A DNA stretch of 64,000 nucleotides from Lingula anatina. Lineage: Eukaryota > Animalia > Brachiopoda. The notes under the pieces were generated by a model. The model saw only the letters and a list, made by a program, of their open reading frames with translations, had not been told where the DNA came from and searched no databases. Both the position numbers and the translations under genes were made by a program. The first letter of the stretch is position 1. Every line of letters starts with the position of its first letter. The stretch covers positions 5,526,954 through 5,590,953 of the forward strand of contig CM120644.1 of assembly GCA_051362555.1 (NCBI GenBank), written 5' to 3'. Shown piece after piece: positions 13,101 through 24,850 of the stretch.

Positions 13101-16100
13101 TCATTTGTTCAATTCTGTAGCCTTCCAAAAATTTGAACTGAATTAAACAATACTGTAGATGAATTATTGCATGAAAAAGACATTCAATTTGAAATCTAGA
13201 AAGACATAAAGCTTTCGTTCATAATTAACTCACTATAATCAACTCTTTTTCATTGGTAGCCATCATTGATTCATGGCAATCGAGTAAAATATGATGAATT
13301 TAAGGAAATATGAATCGTCAAAGTAGCAAGAAAGGCCCGGATGTTAAAGATACATTAAAGATATACGTCACAGTGGTTTTAAAATAATGTTTCTTTAATT
13401 TCTCTCTCTCTATATATTATTAGTAATGAATCAGATAAATAAGCATATTTAATGTACGTAATAGCAGCCATCTTGAATATTAATTGCAATGTAAAAATAT
13501 GAGAAAGTTTCTTTGAAATAATTCAAAGAAAAAGTTATTTAGGATAAAAAGTAATTTAAAAATGAGTTCAAAAAAGTACAGAAATACTGTGTACGCAATT
13601 TAGTAAGGCTCTCAACGTGGTATTGTCCACACAGGTAGTTGCAGTTCATTTTCAACAATGGCCAACTTGGAATCATGATAAATGAAGCAAAAATAATCAC
13701 TTTTTGACAGAATGAAGTGTCCAAGAAGCAAAATGAGATTGCAATACAGATAAATTTATCAAAAAATAAATATCTTTAATTTGCTAATTATTCAATTTGA
13801 TGTTTTTCAACATGCAAATCAAAATAATGTATGTTTTGGATCCAGAAATTGACGGCCATTTTGGACTTTTCAACCCTAAACTACAAGCCTAAAAGCATTT
13901 TGAATCATTCAGTTATATATTCCATTCCATTACTTGAACAATAAAGCTCAGAAATAGCCTTTTACGTAAGGCTCATAACATGTGGTATTGTCCATACGGG
14001 TAGCGTGCAGTTCATTTTTATCAATGGCAAACTTAGAATCATGATAAATGAAGAAAAGTTAACCACTTTTTGACAGAATAAAGTGTCCAAGAAGCAAAAT
14101 GAGATTGCAATACAGATAAATTTATCAAAAAATAAATATTTTTAATTTGCTAATTATTCAATTTAATGTTTTTTAACATGCAAATCAAAATAATGTACGT
14201 TTTGAATCCAGAAATTGGCGGCCATTTTGGATTTTTATACCCTGAACAAAATCTCAAAACAATTTAAATTATTCAGTCATACATTTCATACCATGACCTG
14301 TACAATAAATCCTCCATTAAGTAGTCTGAGATGTTTTATACTGAGAAACTCTTGTTGACATATCAAAACAAAAAGCCCATTTTATGTGGTGGCCATCTTG
14401 GATTAGAGCCATCTGTGTTCAAATGTACAATTTTGTGATAAATTAACTGGTAAAAATTAAAAATATAGACTTCAACTTATTCAAATACATCAAAACATGT
14501 AAAATATTCCTAATTTTTGGTTAATAAAAAAAAAATTCAAATTTAGGTATTTGTATTTTTTCACAAAAAGTGAGGAAAATGGCCGCCATCTTGGATTCAG
14601 TCGCCATCTTGAAAAATGTAAAGTGCCTGAAAAATCAAAGAAGGCCATAGTACTTGTGATCAGTGTAAATTTTGATAATATTAAGTTGTTAAGTAGCTTT
14701 TAAATCAATTTTTGTATTTACAGTTGACACATGAATTTACTGGCGGCCATCTTGGATTTGGCCTGTTTCCGGTACAAACGGACACTTTTTCAAGCCGGAA
14801 ACAAGCAGAAATGAAAAATTCAGGTTCTAAACTACAAGAATCAATCATAAAACCTTTGCCTGACGGGGGGTGCAGCCAAATCCTTAAATAAGGCCTTTTT
14901 TCAATTTGGCTCATGGACTATATATAGTGTTAACAAGCCTGTATAGTCTATACAACATTGGTCAAAAAGGTTGTCCCACCCCTGTTTCCATGTACTTTTA
15001 TTTACAAATGATCACCTCACAGCTGTAAATTTTTAGAAATAGTGCTTTTTATTACAGATACCGTGTCTAAAATGATTAATGGTTTAAAAAAATACAAAAT
15101 AATGGTGAAAATATACACATTTCTTGTATCCCATCGATGGTCAAAGAGGGTCCATAGATATGTTAAAATGCCTCTTTGAAGGGTGTGTGTAGGATAATAT
15201 TGCCTGAGGTGTTAGGTCAGTCCGCATTTGGAGAACACTCCAAGCCCATGGTATTAGTACATTGTTCCTTTTGGAACAAAACGTAACAGGGACATTTTAT
15301 TGTAACATTCTCAACAGAAATCTCACTCCATTTGCAAGAGGTGACTTCAGGGATGCTACTGGCTTCATTGTGACAACGCACTTGCTCACAGCTCTCTTCT
15401 GGCAAGCGATTTGTTGCAGAAACACAGGGCTCTGAGGATCGGATAACCGTCTTTGAGCCCTGATATTAATCCTACTGAGCACCTGTGGCATGAATTGGAA
15501 TGTGCATTGCAGAGGAGAACCAATTCCCAAATAATTTGACCAATTCCTCCACGATCTTTAGGATGAATGGGACAATATCCCACATAACAGAATTGTTACC
15601 CGTGTTGAAGGCTTGTCGCGCCGACTACAGAAGATAATTGCAGTAAGCGGTAGACGCACACGCTGTTAGGCACGTGATCTTTATCGAGCACACCCTGATG
15701 CTAATTGTGTGTGAATTTGGTGACATTTGATGGCGAATAGAGATTTCTTTACATCTGTAGAAGTTACAGTGAAACAGTGGATTTGAGGGGGTACATGTAC
15801 CTCTTACAAATTTTACTATTTTGTATTTTTTTAACCATTAATCATGTTAGACACGGTATCTGTAATAAAAAGCACCATTTCTAACAATTTACAGCTGTGA
15901 GGTGATCATTTGTAAATAAAGTACGTGGAAATGGGGGTGGGACAACCTTTTTGACCAATGTTGAATAGTGCGGGTAAACAAGCCTATAAAGTGTAAACAT
16001 GTCTATAAAGCCTATATAGTGCGGACCTACGTGCCTTAGCGTTCCTTTCAAACTACAAGAAATACATGGATGAACTATTTACAGTGCTAAAGAAAGGTGA

Positions 16101-16815
16101 ATTGTACATACAACATTAAAGACAGATGGAAACATTTGAAAGATGGCGTCGAGACTAGTCGACTGAGACCCTATTTTTCGAGGAAACATTGTTGGGCCGG
16201 CTCACCGTGAGAGACTAACAACTTAAAAGTTGCAATCATTGAAATATTTGTACTATTACGTGAGAAACTCATCTCAACAGAACCCCCATGCCCGAAGCCC
16301 CATTTTAATTAACACCAGCAAACTTGTGAAAGGGGTAAAAATCCCTGTAGAGTAATAACATTTATTTGCGTCACAAAGTCGACCGGTCCAGTTATGTTTT
16401 AACAACTTAAAAGTTGAAGTAATATTTGTTTATAACATCTAATGTCAAATGAATAGTTTTACAGCTTTTCAAATTGTGCACTTTCTGACATTTTTTTTCT
16501 GCTTTCACATTGAAAATAACAGATTAAAAATACTTCAGACAGACTGAAATTATATTTTTCCTTGATTCATATACCAAAAAGAATGAATTATGGGTTAACT
16601 CCACTCACCGAAGTGTTTTTGATGACGAGACGCAGCGTGTGCCCTGACAGCATTTTGGGATGGTTGTTGATGTCGTTGAGGGCCAGCTGAACAGGGCCAT
16701 ACATTTGCTCGTTGGGCGTGCCAATCGGAGCGAGCATACCGAAGTAAATATCAGCGCCTTCAGTAACACGGAGACACAGGCCCAATAACAGCGCAATGTT
16801 GCCAAACACTTCCAT
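1..16815 (-). CDS. GABA-B-receptor-like class C GPCR, copy A (multi-exon, 3' end outside window)
   Basis: Exons in transcript order: 16609-16815 (MEVFGNIALLLGLCLRVTEGADIYFGML..QLALNDINNHPKMLSGHTLRL), 9154-9318, 8301-8471 (LSQRLVFPYLYRT..FGWTRVALL), 7917-8021, 7640-7711 (ELDARVI..VFCQ), 5838-6062 (AYKYGLIGKKYVW), 5378-5611 (YDAIWAAALALNKS..NFFGAS), 4829-4892 (GPVSF..GSRMSW), 3732-3821, 3117-3267 (TM1), 2636-2718 (TM2, LIQNSWPLMN..LGC), 1538-1683 (TM3), 831-956 (TM4, IWQLTDPL), 449-588 (TM5, YKGLLLL), <1-176 (TM6/7). Phases are compatible throughout. All introns are GT-AG except a GC donor after exon 4. The motifs parallel GABA-B subunits (FPTFFRT, GKKYVW, YDAIWALALALNKT, YKGLLLLLG). Confidence 0.9.
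2764..2921. mobile_element. Short MITE-like element (TIR GTGACAGGAATG...CATTCCTGTCAC)
   Basis: Terminal inverted repeats are visible. A paralogous copy lies at ~30736-30891 and inverted relatives at ~6590-6710 and ~33870-33990. Confidence 0.55.
4112..4166. repeat. (AAT)n microsatellite
   Basis: Read directly. A shorter paralogue lies at ~32065-32094. Confidence 0.95.
4168..4738. mobile_element. Non-autonomous Helitron/Helentron-like insert, copy-A specific
   Basis: Absent at the paralogous site in B (after the (AAT)n at ~32095). It starts AACTAGAG, has a subterminal inverted repeat (ATTGTACCACCAG 4205-4217 / CTGGTGGTACAAT 4723-4735), a GC-rich hairpin near the right end, and AGGTCA/TGACCT motifs. 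Confidence 0.55.
6706..7542 (-). mobile_element. Interspersed repeat with tRNA-like A/B-box segment, copy-A specific in intron 5
   Basis: Not present in the B intron. An inverted homologue lies at ~23738-24850. Confidence 0.55.
9423..14920. mobile_element. 5.5 kb non-autonomous foldback DNA transposon with ~1.1 kb TIRs (TAG...CTA termini, Academ-like)
   Basis: Ends are TAGTCCATGAGCCAAA and TTTGGCTCATGGACTA, flanked by TAT on both sides. Arms 9423-~10560 and ~13780-14920 are reverse complements. It is absent from copy B intron 1 and has no transposase ORF. The superfamily call is tentative, based only on termini and TSD. Confidence 0.85.
11150..11357. mobile_element. Small TIR element nested in the foldback element
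   Basis: Inverted ends ATTTAGATCGATCTA / TAGATCGATCTAAAAAT. Its right half resembles 25628-25730. Confidence 0.45.
14953..15963 (+). mobile_element. Tc1/mariner internally deleted element
   Basis: ~150-bp TIRs starting CAACATTGGTCAAAAAGGTTGTCCCACCCC, a TA target (right copy reads AA), and a transposase relic 'PSLSPDINPTEHLWHEL' at ~15445-15500. Absent from B. Confidence 0.85.
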
Positions 16816-17008
16816 TTTCAAACGCACAAATTCGTATAACAATCTCGTCGTTGCACAGTGTCCGTACGACAGCGTTTACCATCTGATAAACTTCGAAACG
16901 GTAATCTGCAGTTCGAAGATATATCATGGAACTTAAGGATAAAAGTGACTTGTCAATTTGTAGATAATACTTCATTCTACTCAATGCCACTATTTTCACA
17001 AAAACACC

Positions 17009-17291
17009 CCCTCACGAAAATTCAGTGGTATCGAAGTGGCAAAGAAACATTAACGCAGTAGTGGTGTAGAGCATATTTGCAGTAGAAATGCAGTATAGCC
17101 TACTGCAATTCTACTCCAAAAAGTACATAGGTTTGTACAGAGAGGAGCATTATTGCAGTAGATTAGCAGCCTGATAGAAGCATGTTTCAAATTTGCTAAT
17201 TAGCTCCCAAATCGAAGCAGATTTGAAGCATGTTTGCAGTATGATTGCAGGAGTCTACTGCGATGGAGTATCTACTGCGTTTTCATGCGGG
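17009..17291. mobile_element. MITE (TIR CCC(G/T)CACGAAAA)
   Basis: TIRs are visible. The same family occurs at 36667-36949 and, inverted, at 19368-19654. Confidence 0.75.
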
Positions 17292-18359
17292 TATCGATAC
17301 CCGCAATGATCATTATTAAATATGTGTCTGGGATTGTATAACACCAGGCTGGCAGCTCCATTTTCAACTTTTGCATGTTTTTCTCTGGCTAGGGGGTCTT
17401 GATGACCTGATAAAGTGGTTAACTTTGATATCTTTGCTAATTCAACATATATTGAAAATCTGACACCCATTCTTGTTGATACCAAAGAGGGCTATCGAGT
17501 GAAGATGTCTACACATGTTCATTTGTAGTGGACTTCTAGTTTTAAGGGTATAAAGGTCATACTGAGATCACCTATTAAGCGTTATATCTCCTTACGTTCC
17601 GATTACATAATTAAATGAGGATATGAAATAAAAATCAGTTGAAATAAGCTTTCTATCGATATGCAACATGTTGGTATATCTTGGCTGGTTAAGAAGATAG
17701 CCACCCTGTTAATCGGAACCTTAAGCTATTGTTAATCTGTGTTGAAAATCAGAATAACGTAAATAAGACAAAAATCCACAAATATATAATAATTCATGTC
17801 GCCAAAGGTACCGATGAACCTAATAAACAGACCCATTAAAATGATAACATCCATTAATCAATATCATTACATTTTTTAAAAACTTTTTATTAAATATCAA
17901 TTCATTTCATATTTTATATCACAGTATTATTGATTACTTTGTAGAGTTTACTTAACATTTAAATGGATTTTAGACTTTATATATTTAACATTTAATAATT
18001 AATTATTTTAATGTCATTCTTACTTTGATAAGTTTACAACAGATATATACACATTCCTTCTAACTTAATTTATATCATTGTAAAATATTCGCCTCTGTCT
18101 TCCAATACAGTTTGCTGGGGAGCCATGAAGTAAGGGCCCTTTACAATGTATGCTGTAGGTGAGCTATCTCACTTAACTCTATATAATTGACAATAAAGCG
18201 TAACAAAATAACTACAATGTAGACATTTGATAATAGTAAAGTCACACATATGTATTAAGGTGCACAGAAAACTGGATGATATTTCTGCTCATGATGTGAT
18301 CCTGATTGTAAATGTAAATTGGACATTGTACTTATGAAAAGAATGCAGATACAACTTAC

Positions 18360-18490
18360 CTTGCTTGTTCGGCCTGATATCTGATCCAGCAATGAGACGT
18401 CCTAGAACAGGCTTCGCCCACGGATATATTGTCACTATCAATGTCTCTATGGAAACGGAGGTGACTCAAATAAAACTATCCAATCACAAC
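18360..18490 (-). promoter_or_regulatory. Putative non-coding first exon with CCAAT box upstream of GPCR copy A
   Basis: CAAG|GTAAGT donor at 18360/18359, CCAATC at 18480-18485, TGACTCA (AP-1-like) at 18462-18468, and no ATG. Homologous to 38009-38140 and 58437-58565. Confidence 0.55.
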
Positions 18491-18814
18491 CATTCTTAAT
18501 ATAACCATACACTAGTATGTCACTGTTAACGGTATAGCTCTGTGCAAATTAGTCATATACATTACACTACTTGTTTTGGCCAAGGGTTAAGCCATTCTGC
18601 TTGGATTAAATACATTTTTATGGAACACTATGTAGAGTAACGATGGCAAAATAATCAGTGCATCTGATACGCTCTTTCTGCATCTCATTATTGTCGGATT
18701 GGGTTGATTCGGTTTCTTTATAATCTCCTTCTTTCTCTTGCTCTCTTTCTCTCTCTCATCACTTCACCTAGCTACCAATCACCGCTCTCTAATTTTCGCA
18801 CATCATTCTCACAC

Positions 18815-18859
<45 letters not shown>

Positions 18860-19070
18860 GTGACAACACATATTAAACATGTCGAATGCAAATATTTATC
18901 TGTATAGGTTATCTACCACGGAAGATGACAAGTGAAACTATTAGAATAAAAATCCACCAGAATGAGGGCATCACGTTCATAAAAATGTAGTTTAGCTGGC
19001 AATCGCCCATCTTTTTCCTTCTTCCCACTCTCTCATTAGTTTGTCTAACTCAAGCACGACAACCACCCTC

Positions 19071-19109
<39 letters not shown>

Positions 19110-19367
19110 AGTGGTCCATATATTGAAATAAAACATTTACCAATATTCGCAGTTTACCATTATAGATAGGTGAAACATTACAGCGATTGAACGGGAATGA
19201 AGGCAAATGCACTTAATTGTTTAGTCCCATTTCACAATTCTCATCACAGCTGACTTGTGGCCTGACACAAAATATTCAACATTATTTCAATCAGCTATTA
19301 TGAATACATGAGGACAAAATCCCAACAAAAATCTAATTGAGATTATGTGGTAACTCAATTAGGGCAA

Positions 19368-19654
19368 CCCGCACGAAAACGCAGTAGATACTACAGCGCA
19401 GTAGACTAATGCAATCATACGTACTGCAAACATGCCTCAAATCTGCTTCGATTTGGGAGCTAATAAGCATATTTGAAACATGCTTCTATCATGCTGCTAA
19501 TCTACTGTATTAATGCTCCTCTCTGTACAAACCTATGTACTTTTTGGAGTAGAATTGCAGTAGGCTATGCTGCATTTCTACTGCAAATGTGCTCCACACC
19601 ACTGCTGCGTTAATGCTTCTTTGCTACTTCGATACTACTGCATTTTCGTGCGGG
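19368..19654. mobile_element. MITE of the same family, inverted, copy-A specific
   Basis: CCCGCACGAAAA...TTTTCGTGCGGG, the reverse complement of 17009-17291. The site is empty in B at ~38985. Confidence 0.8.
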
Positions 19655-20305
19655 TTAACATAAGCCTTTACCCACTGTAGGACCTATAGGAAACTGGCCA
19701 AAATCCCACTGGGTCCAATGAGACACATATACTAGATCTGAAGGCCGTTTGATAAAATCCCTATAGAGACCTGTGGGTGGTTCTTTTGATCTTCCGATTT
19801 GGACCCTGGAACCCACTACCAAAGATCCATCTACTGCTGTTGCAAAATCGGTTGAAGGTACTTGACCAATATTTGAGACTGCTAACGCAACTCGACAGCA
19901 CCATCCATCCGGCGTCTGTTAGCAAATAGGTGGACCTATTTTCAGAAGCTTCAAAACAATCTCGAAACTAAAAATTGAATGGCAAATTAAATTTCTTGGG
20001 GGATACCCCCTAATATGGTCACAGATTGATTGTCACCAGATATTCACAGATATGTCTTTGGCTTATTCCTGACACAATCTTCCGTCAAAATGTACACCTT
20101 ATTAATCTGTGGCCCTGGTAAAGGGTTCATGGGCAGAAGGATGTTCTCAACCATTGTTTTAAGGCCTGTTCTATAGTCAATTTCAGAAGAATACGAACCT
20201 TTCCCACGTCAACCAAACCACCATCATAGATAATTATTTTTATTATTGTAGTTATTGTCGGATCTTAGTTTGGTTGAAATGACAATTACCGTCACCTCTC
20301 ACCAC

Positions 20306-20355
<50 letters not shown>

Positions 20356-20579
20356 AACGCACGAAGACACAGTGACTCATATCCTAATAAACGTTTACCA
20401 ATATCCCCATTTCATCCTTAAAATGAAGTGAAACTGATGAAAAACAAAACACTAACTGAACAGAAATGAGGGCAAATGCAATTAACTGTCTATTCCCATT
20501 TCACGCTTATCTATACAGCTGACTTGCAACCAGACACAAAATATTAAATAACTATAATCGGCCATTATGTCTATATTGC

Positions 20580-21915
20580 GTTATGGGTGACTTTCATGAC
20601 AAGTTAGGGTTAATAAACAAGTTAATAAACAAGAGCATTACCACAAGGAATGTTGGTAGTGGAGAAAGGAATGGGGGAGGGAAATGTTGATAGAATGGGC
20701 CATGGCAAACAAGATTAAGATCATGAACACCTTCTACAGAAAGAAAAATATAAGAGGATGGACATGGGAAAGTCCAGACGCTAAATAAAATAATGAAATT
20801 GATTACATCATGACAAACAGACCAAACATATTGACTGACGAGAAAGTACTGAACAGACTAAACATCGGTATTGACCTCAGAGCTGTCTTGGGAGTGATTC
20901 GGATCAATGTCAGGAAGGATGGAAGAATGCAAATATGATCATAAGGCGTAACAGAAAAAACATAAAGACTTACAGACCCATCTGCTTATTATCAAACCTG
21001 TATAAGATTTATACCAAGATTTTTGTCTCAAAGGCTAACAAAAGCCTGAATTAATTAGCACAGCCAAAAGGATATGCAGGTTTCAGAACAGATCACATGC
21101 ATATTGTCAACCAGCTGAAGAAAATTTTATGAAGACAACCAGGCTCAACCACCTCATGTTTGCAGGTGACATCATAGTGGTAGCAGATGACCCAAACGAT
21201 CTTCAGACAACACTAGAGACCGTAGCAGATGTAAGCCTCAGGTGTGGGTTAAACATAATACCAGCAAGACTAAAGTAATAGGAGAAATGAGATAAATGCA
21301 ATAGAAGAGTATGTACAGGTATAACTTGGGCAACGTTTCAGCCTCAGCGACAAAACTCTGGATGAAGAAATCCAAAGAAGAATAAACGCAGGATGGGTAG
21401 CGTTAACAAAGCACGAAGATATATTAAAAAGCAGTCCCCCTACCTGTCTGAAAAGGAAAATGTTCAATGCCATCTGTGACCTATAATTTAGAGACGGACA
21501 AATAATGCATCCATGGAACAAAATCTATTAACGGCATGTAAAAAGTTAGAAAGAATTTTGTTAAACCTTAGAGTATGAGATAGGATGGCCATCAAGTGCA
21601 CAAGAGAACAGATCAAAGTGAAGGATGTGCTTCTTATAGTTAAAGAGATGAAATGGAGATGGAAGGACATATCAGTAGAATCAAAGATGGCAGATGGACA
21701 ATAAGGGTGACAGAATGGACACCAAGATATAAATATAGGAAACAAGGGAAGCCTCGTAAGAGATGGATTGATGAATTAGACGAATACTGAAAAAAAAAAA
21801 AAAAACTGGAATTGTGGAGCCCAAGACAAAATACGCTGGATGAAGCATGCAGAGGCTTTTGTCCAACAGTGGAACAATTTAGGCTATGAAAGATGATGAT
21901 GATGATGATGATGAT
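20580..21915 (+). mobile_element. Degenerate RTE-clade LINE
   Basis: Relic motifs WTWESPD..NEIDYIM (APE endonuclease), HLMFAGDIIV (RT) and RKQGKPRKRWIDEL (RTE C-terminus), with a (GAT)n 3' tail. Many stops and frameshifts. Confidence 0.8.
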
Positions 21916-22615
21916 TAAAAATCCAAAAACAATTCTGAAAGATGTTAAATGGTGAATCAATTTTTAAATAGCAGACTAACATGTCCCTTTCCTCACTATG
22001 GACCTATAGGTAATTGGCAAAAATCCTATTAGGCCCTAAGAGACATATATCTTAGAGAGTCTTCTACAAGACGCCCGATAGAATTCCAAAAGAATTTTTT
22101 AATTGAGATTTCTGAAAAGATGTTTTGGTGGTCTCTTGTTTATGAAAGCCTGTATTTAATAACCTTTTGTATTTCCTTTCTTCCTGCAGTGAGAAACCAC
22201 GGCATTAGAGCATGGCTAGAGAATGTGCCAGCCAAAGCTCTTGCAATTCTCTTGTAATTCTCACGACAACTATTCACATGGGTGATTGCAAGCATGCCAT
22301 CTATTCATTAGAATCTCGATTTTCATATAGCTCTTATTGCAACACAGTTAAAGTAGATATGCCATCCAAAACAGTGATATTTTTGTCTTAGAGTTGGAAA
22401 ATCCTGATAGAAAGTCGAATGGTTCTAACTTATGTATCTTAAATGAGTACATGTGTCGGGCTAGGTGTCGGCTGTGTAGAGAAATATGAAATGGGACCAA
22501 ACAATTAATTGCATTGCCCCCATTCCATTTCAGTTCAACAATTTTACCAATGTAAACTGCGAATATTGGTATTTCTTTTCTGCCAAGTGATGTGCCACTG
22601 CGCGCGGGCAATGTT

Positions 22616-22654
<39 letters not shown>

Positions 22655-22931
22655 ATGCATGATTGTGAGAGGGAGAGAGAGAGGGTGGGGAACCATATGA
22701 TTAATAATACTAGCATAACGCCTCAATAAAAATTATAATGAATATTGATATCAATAATGTTGGTCAAGTTGACGCGAGCAAGATACTTTTTAAGCTCGAA
22801 AATTTCTAGTTTATCTTACGAACGGATTGACCCTCTAATAGTGTGCGCTTTGTCAGCGCCGCAGATTATTTACGTGTACCGTAGTTCTTTACTACAGATT
22901 TGTTTCATGAATCAGATGTTTTGTGTCAAGA

Positions 22932-22972
<41 letters not shown>

Positions 22973-23737
22973 AAGGTCTGTGTGTGTGCTGTTATGCTTT
23001 TTATTGTCGACCTAGCAAAAATTGACACATTTCGTGTGGTTAACGGCCTTTAATATTTATTATTTTAGAATATTTTAAACAAAATATATAAACATTATTT
23101 ACACTCGATTATGGAAATGGTCTGAAACGATATCGAGGGACACGTATCTTATAATCTACATGGTATATGGGGTAGAAGATGGCTTGATACTAAACATTGT
23201 CACATTTCTGGACAAATGTAAATACGACCTACTTTCTTTCCTGCAATATGTAAAACAAAGGAGTTAAGCAGAAAATACTAGTGTCTGTGCAAACATCAAT
23301 TTTCAGGACATAATTCAACGACATTCTGCAATATTTCTTCATTAAAATATTTGAAACATTATACATGTACTGATATTTGGTTCAGATAAGTGTCAATCAT
23401 TTGTCATAAGCACTCGTTTAATATGCATGTTAAATTAATTTGATACGCCATGGGCGGAGGTCCTTACATGTAACACTACAGTGTGATGATAGTTTTGTTA
23501 TAATTATTCAACACTGATCAAAACTGAAATCCGCCGCTTGACTTTAAAGTACACGAAGTTAATTAGGACATGAGGTCATAGAAAATATGGTGATAATACG
23601 AATACGTTCGCTGCAGGAGTAGGCATGTTAGTTTGTTAATCTAATCTATTTATCTTTTTCAGCCAAATGTGATCAGATTCAACAACCAATTCGACAGAGG
23701 TATAACATTTTTTTTTAATCCTTCAGCCTATCAAATA

Positions 23738-24850
23738 CCGGTGTAACAGTAATCCAAGTCCCCCAGGAACCGAGGTCCTTCTGTAGGACTAACATTACTT
23801 GGGAATAGTAGTCCTACAGGGACTTAGGTTCCTGGCTCATAATTATAGTAGGTAGGACTTGTATTACTGTCGGACTTTTATTCCTGTTACACCTATGACA
23901 GTAATAAAAGTCCGACCATTTGAAAGTCCTATCCTTAGCAAATAATCCTGTCAAATGATAAAACTATAAATGTATGTGAAATCCTTCTTGTGAGCCATAT
24001 ATGAGAGAAAAAATGAGAGGTTTGCAACTTCAGCTCGTCTGTGTAGTGGTTAGCGTGCAAGACTACAAGGTAATAATTCATGAATCCTTCTGTTGCATCT
24101 ATGGGTTCGAGACCTACCTTTGACATGACCTTACTCCCCCCCTTACCCCTATTTATTACTTGTAGCAAATTGTTTAATGGTGTTTTTAATGTCTAATATG
24201 TGTTTGAAATTCCGTGCTAATTACATTTACAACTTTTTTTTTGTTTTGTCCTTTAAGTGTCAAAGCACCAAAATAGCAAAGGGTTATTACATACTATTAT
24301 ATACATATATTGAAATTTTCAATTTCTAAACTGTCTTGATTTTTCTTAAATCTCAGCCCATACTTTCCAAGAGCAAATTTCCATCGAGTTTGAGAATTTT
24401 TTTAACTTCAGCGAGTGTAAACCGAAAAAAAATCTAAGAACGGAGATCCCGCGTTTTGTGTAAAGTGATTTTTCTCTTAGGAATAAGGTTTTGAAAAAGA
24501 GAGAGATGGAGAAAAAATAAGAATTTCGACGCAAAACACAAAAGGTACACCCCAGTAGAAAAGGACATGAAATAATATACACTTTACACATACCTCAAAG
24601 GATGAAAATAAGAAATGCCTTTGGATGGTGCCTTATTTTGTGAAAAAAAATATCGAGCAAACCAGGCTCATACATATTGTGCAATGAGGGAGGCGTGCGC
24701 CAAAAATATGCGTTAACACGTCAAAATTTGCGTTTACTACATGTAGATGAAAAATGCACATAAACTGCCTATCGGAAAACACTGTAAAATATAAAGATAA
24801 AATGTCATATAAATATAATAAAGCAAACGTTTATTATATCTTTAAAACTA
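23738..24850 (+). mobile_element. Interspersed repeat with tRNA-like head segment (inverted homologue of 6706-7542)
   Basis: GCTCGTCTGTGTAGTGGTTAGCG (A-box-like, ~24033) and GGGTTCGAGACC (B-box-like, ~24103), plus shared CCGGTGTAACAG/ATTACACCGG end motifs. Confidence 0.55.

Larger units (their letters stand above)
1..22720. repeat. Segmental duplication unit A (paralogous to ~27325-41650)
   Basis: Exons, introns and upstream DNA are collinear with unit B. The offset is 27316 at the 3' exons and 19658 at exon 1 because of copy-specific indels. Confidence 0.9.

Noticed and set aside
24030-24120. tRNA gene
   Set aside because: A- and B-box-like motifs are present, but there is no cloverleaf, the spacing is too long, and it is part of a longer repeat also found at ~7230-7325.
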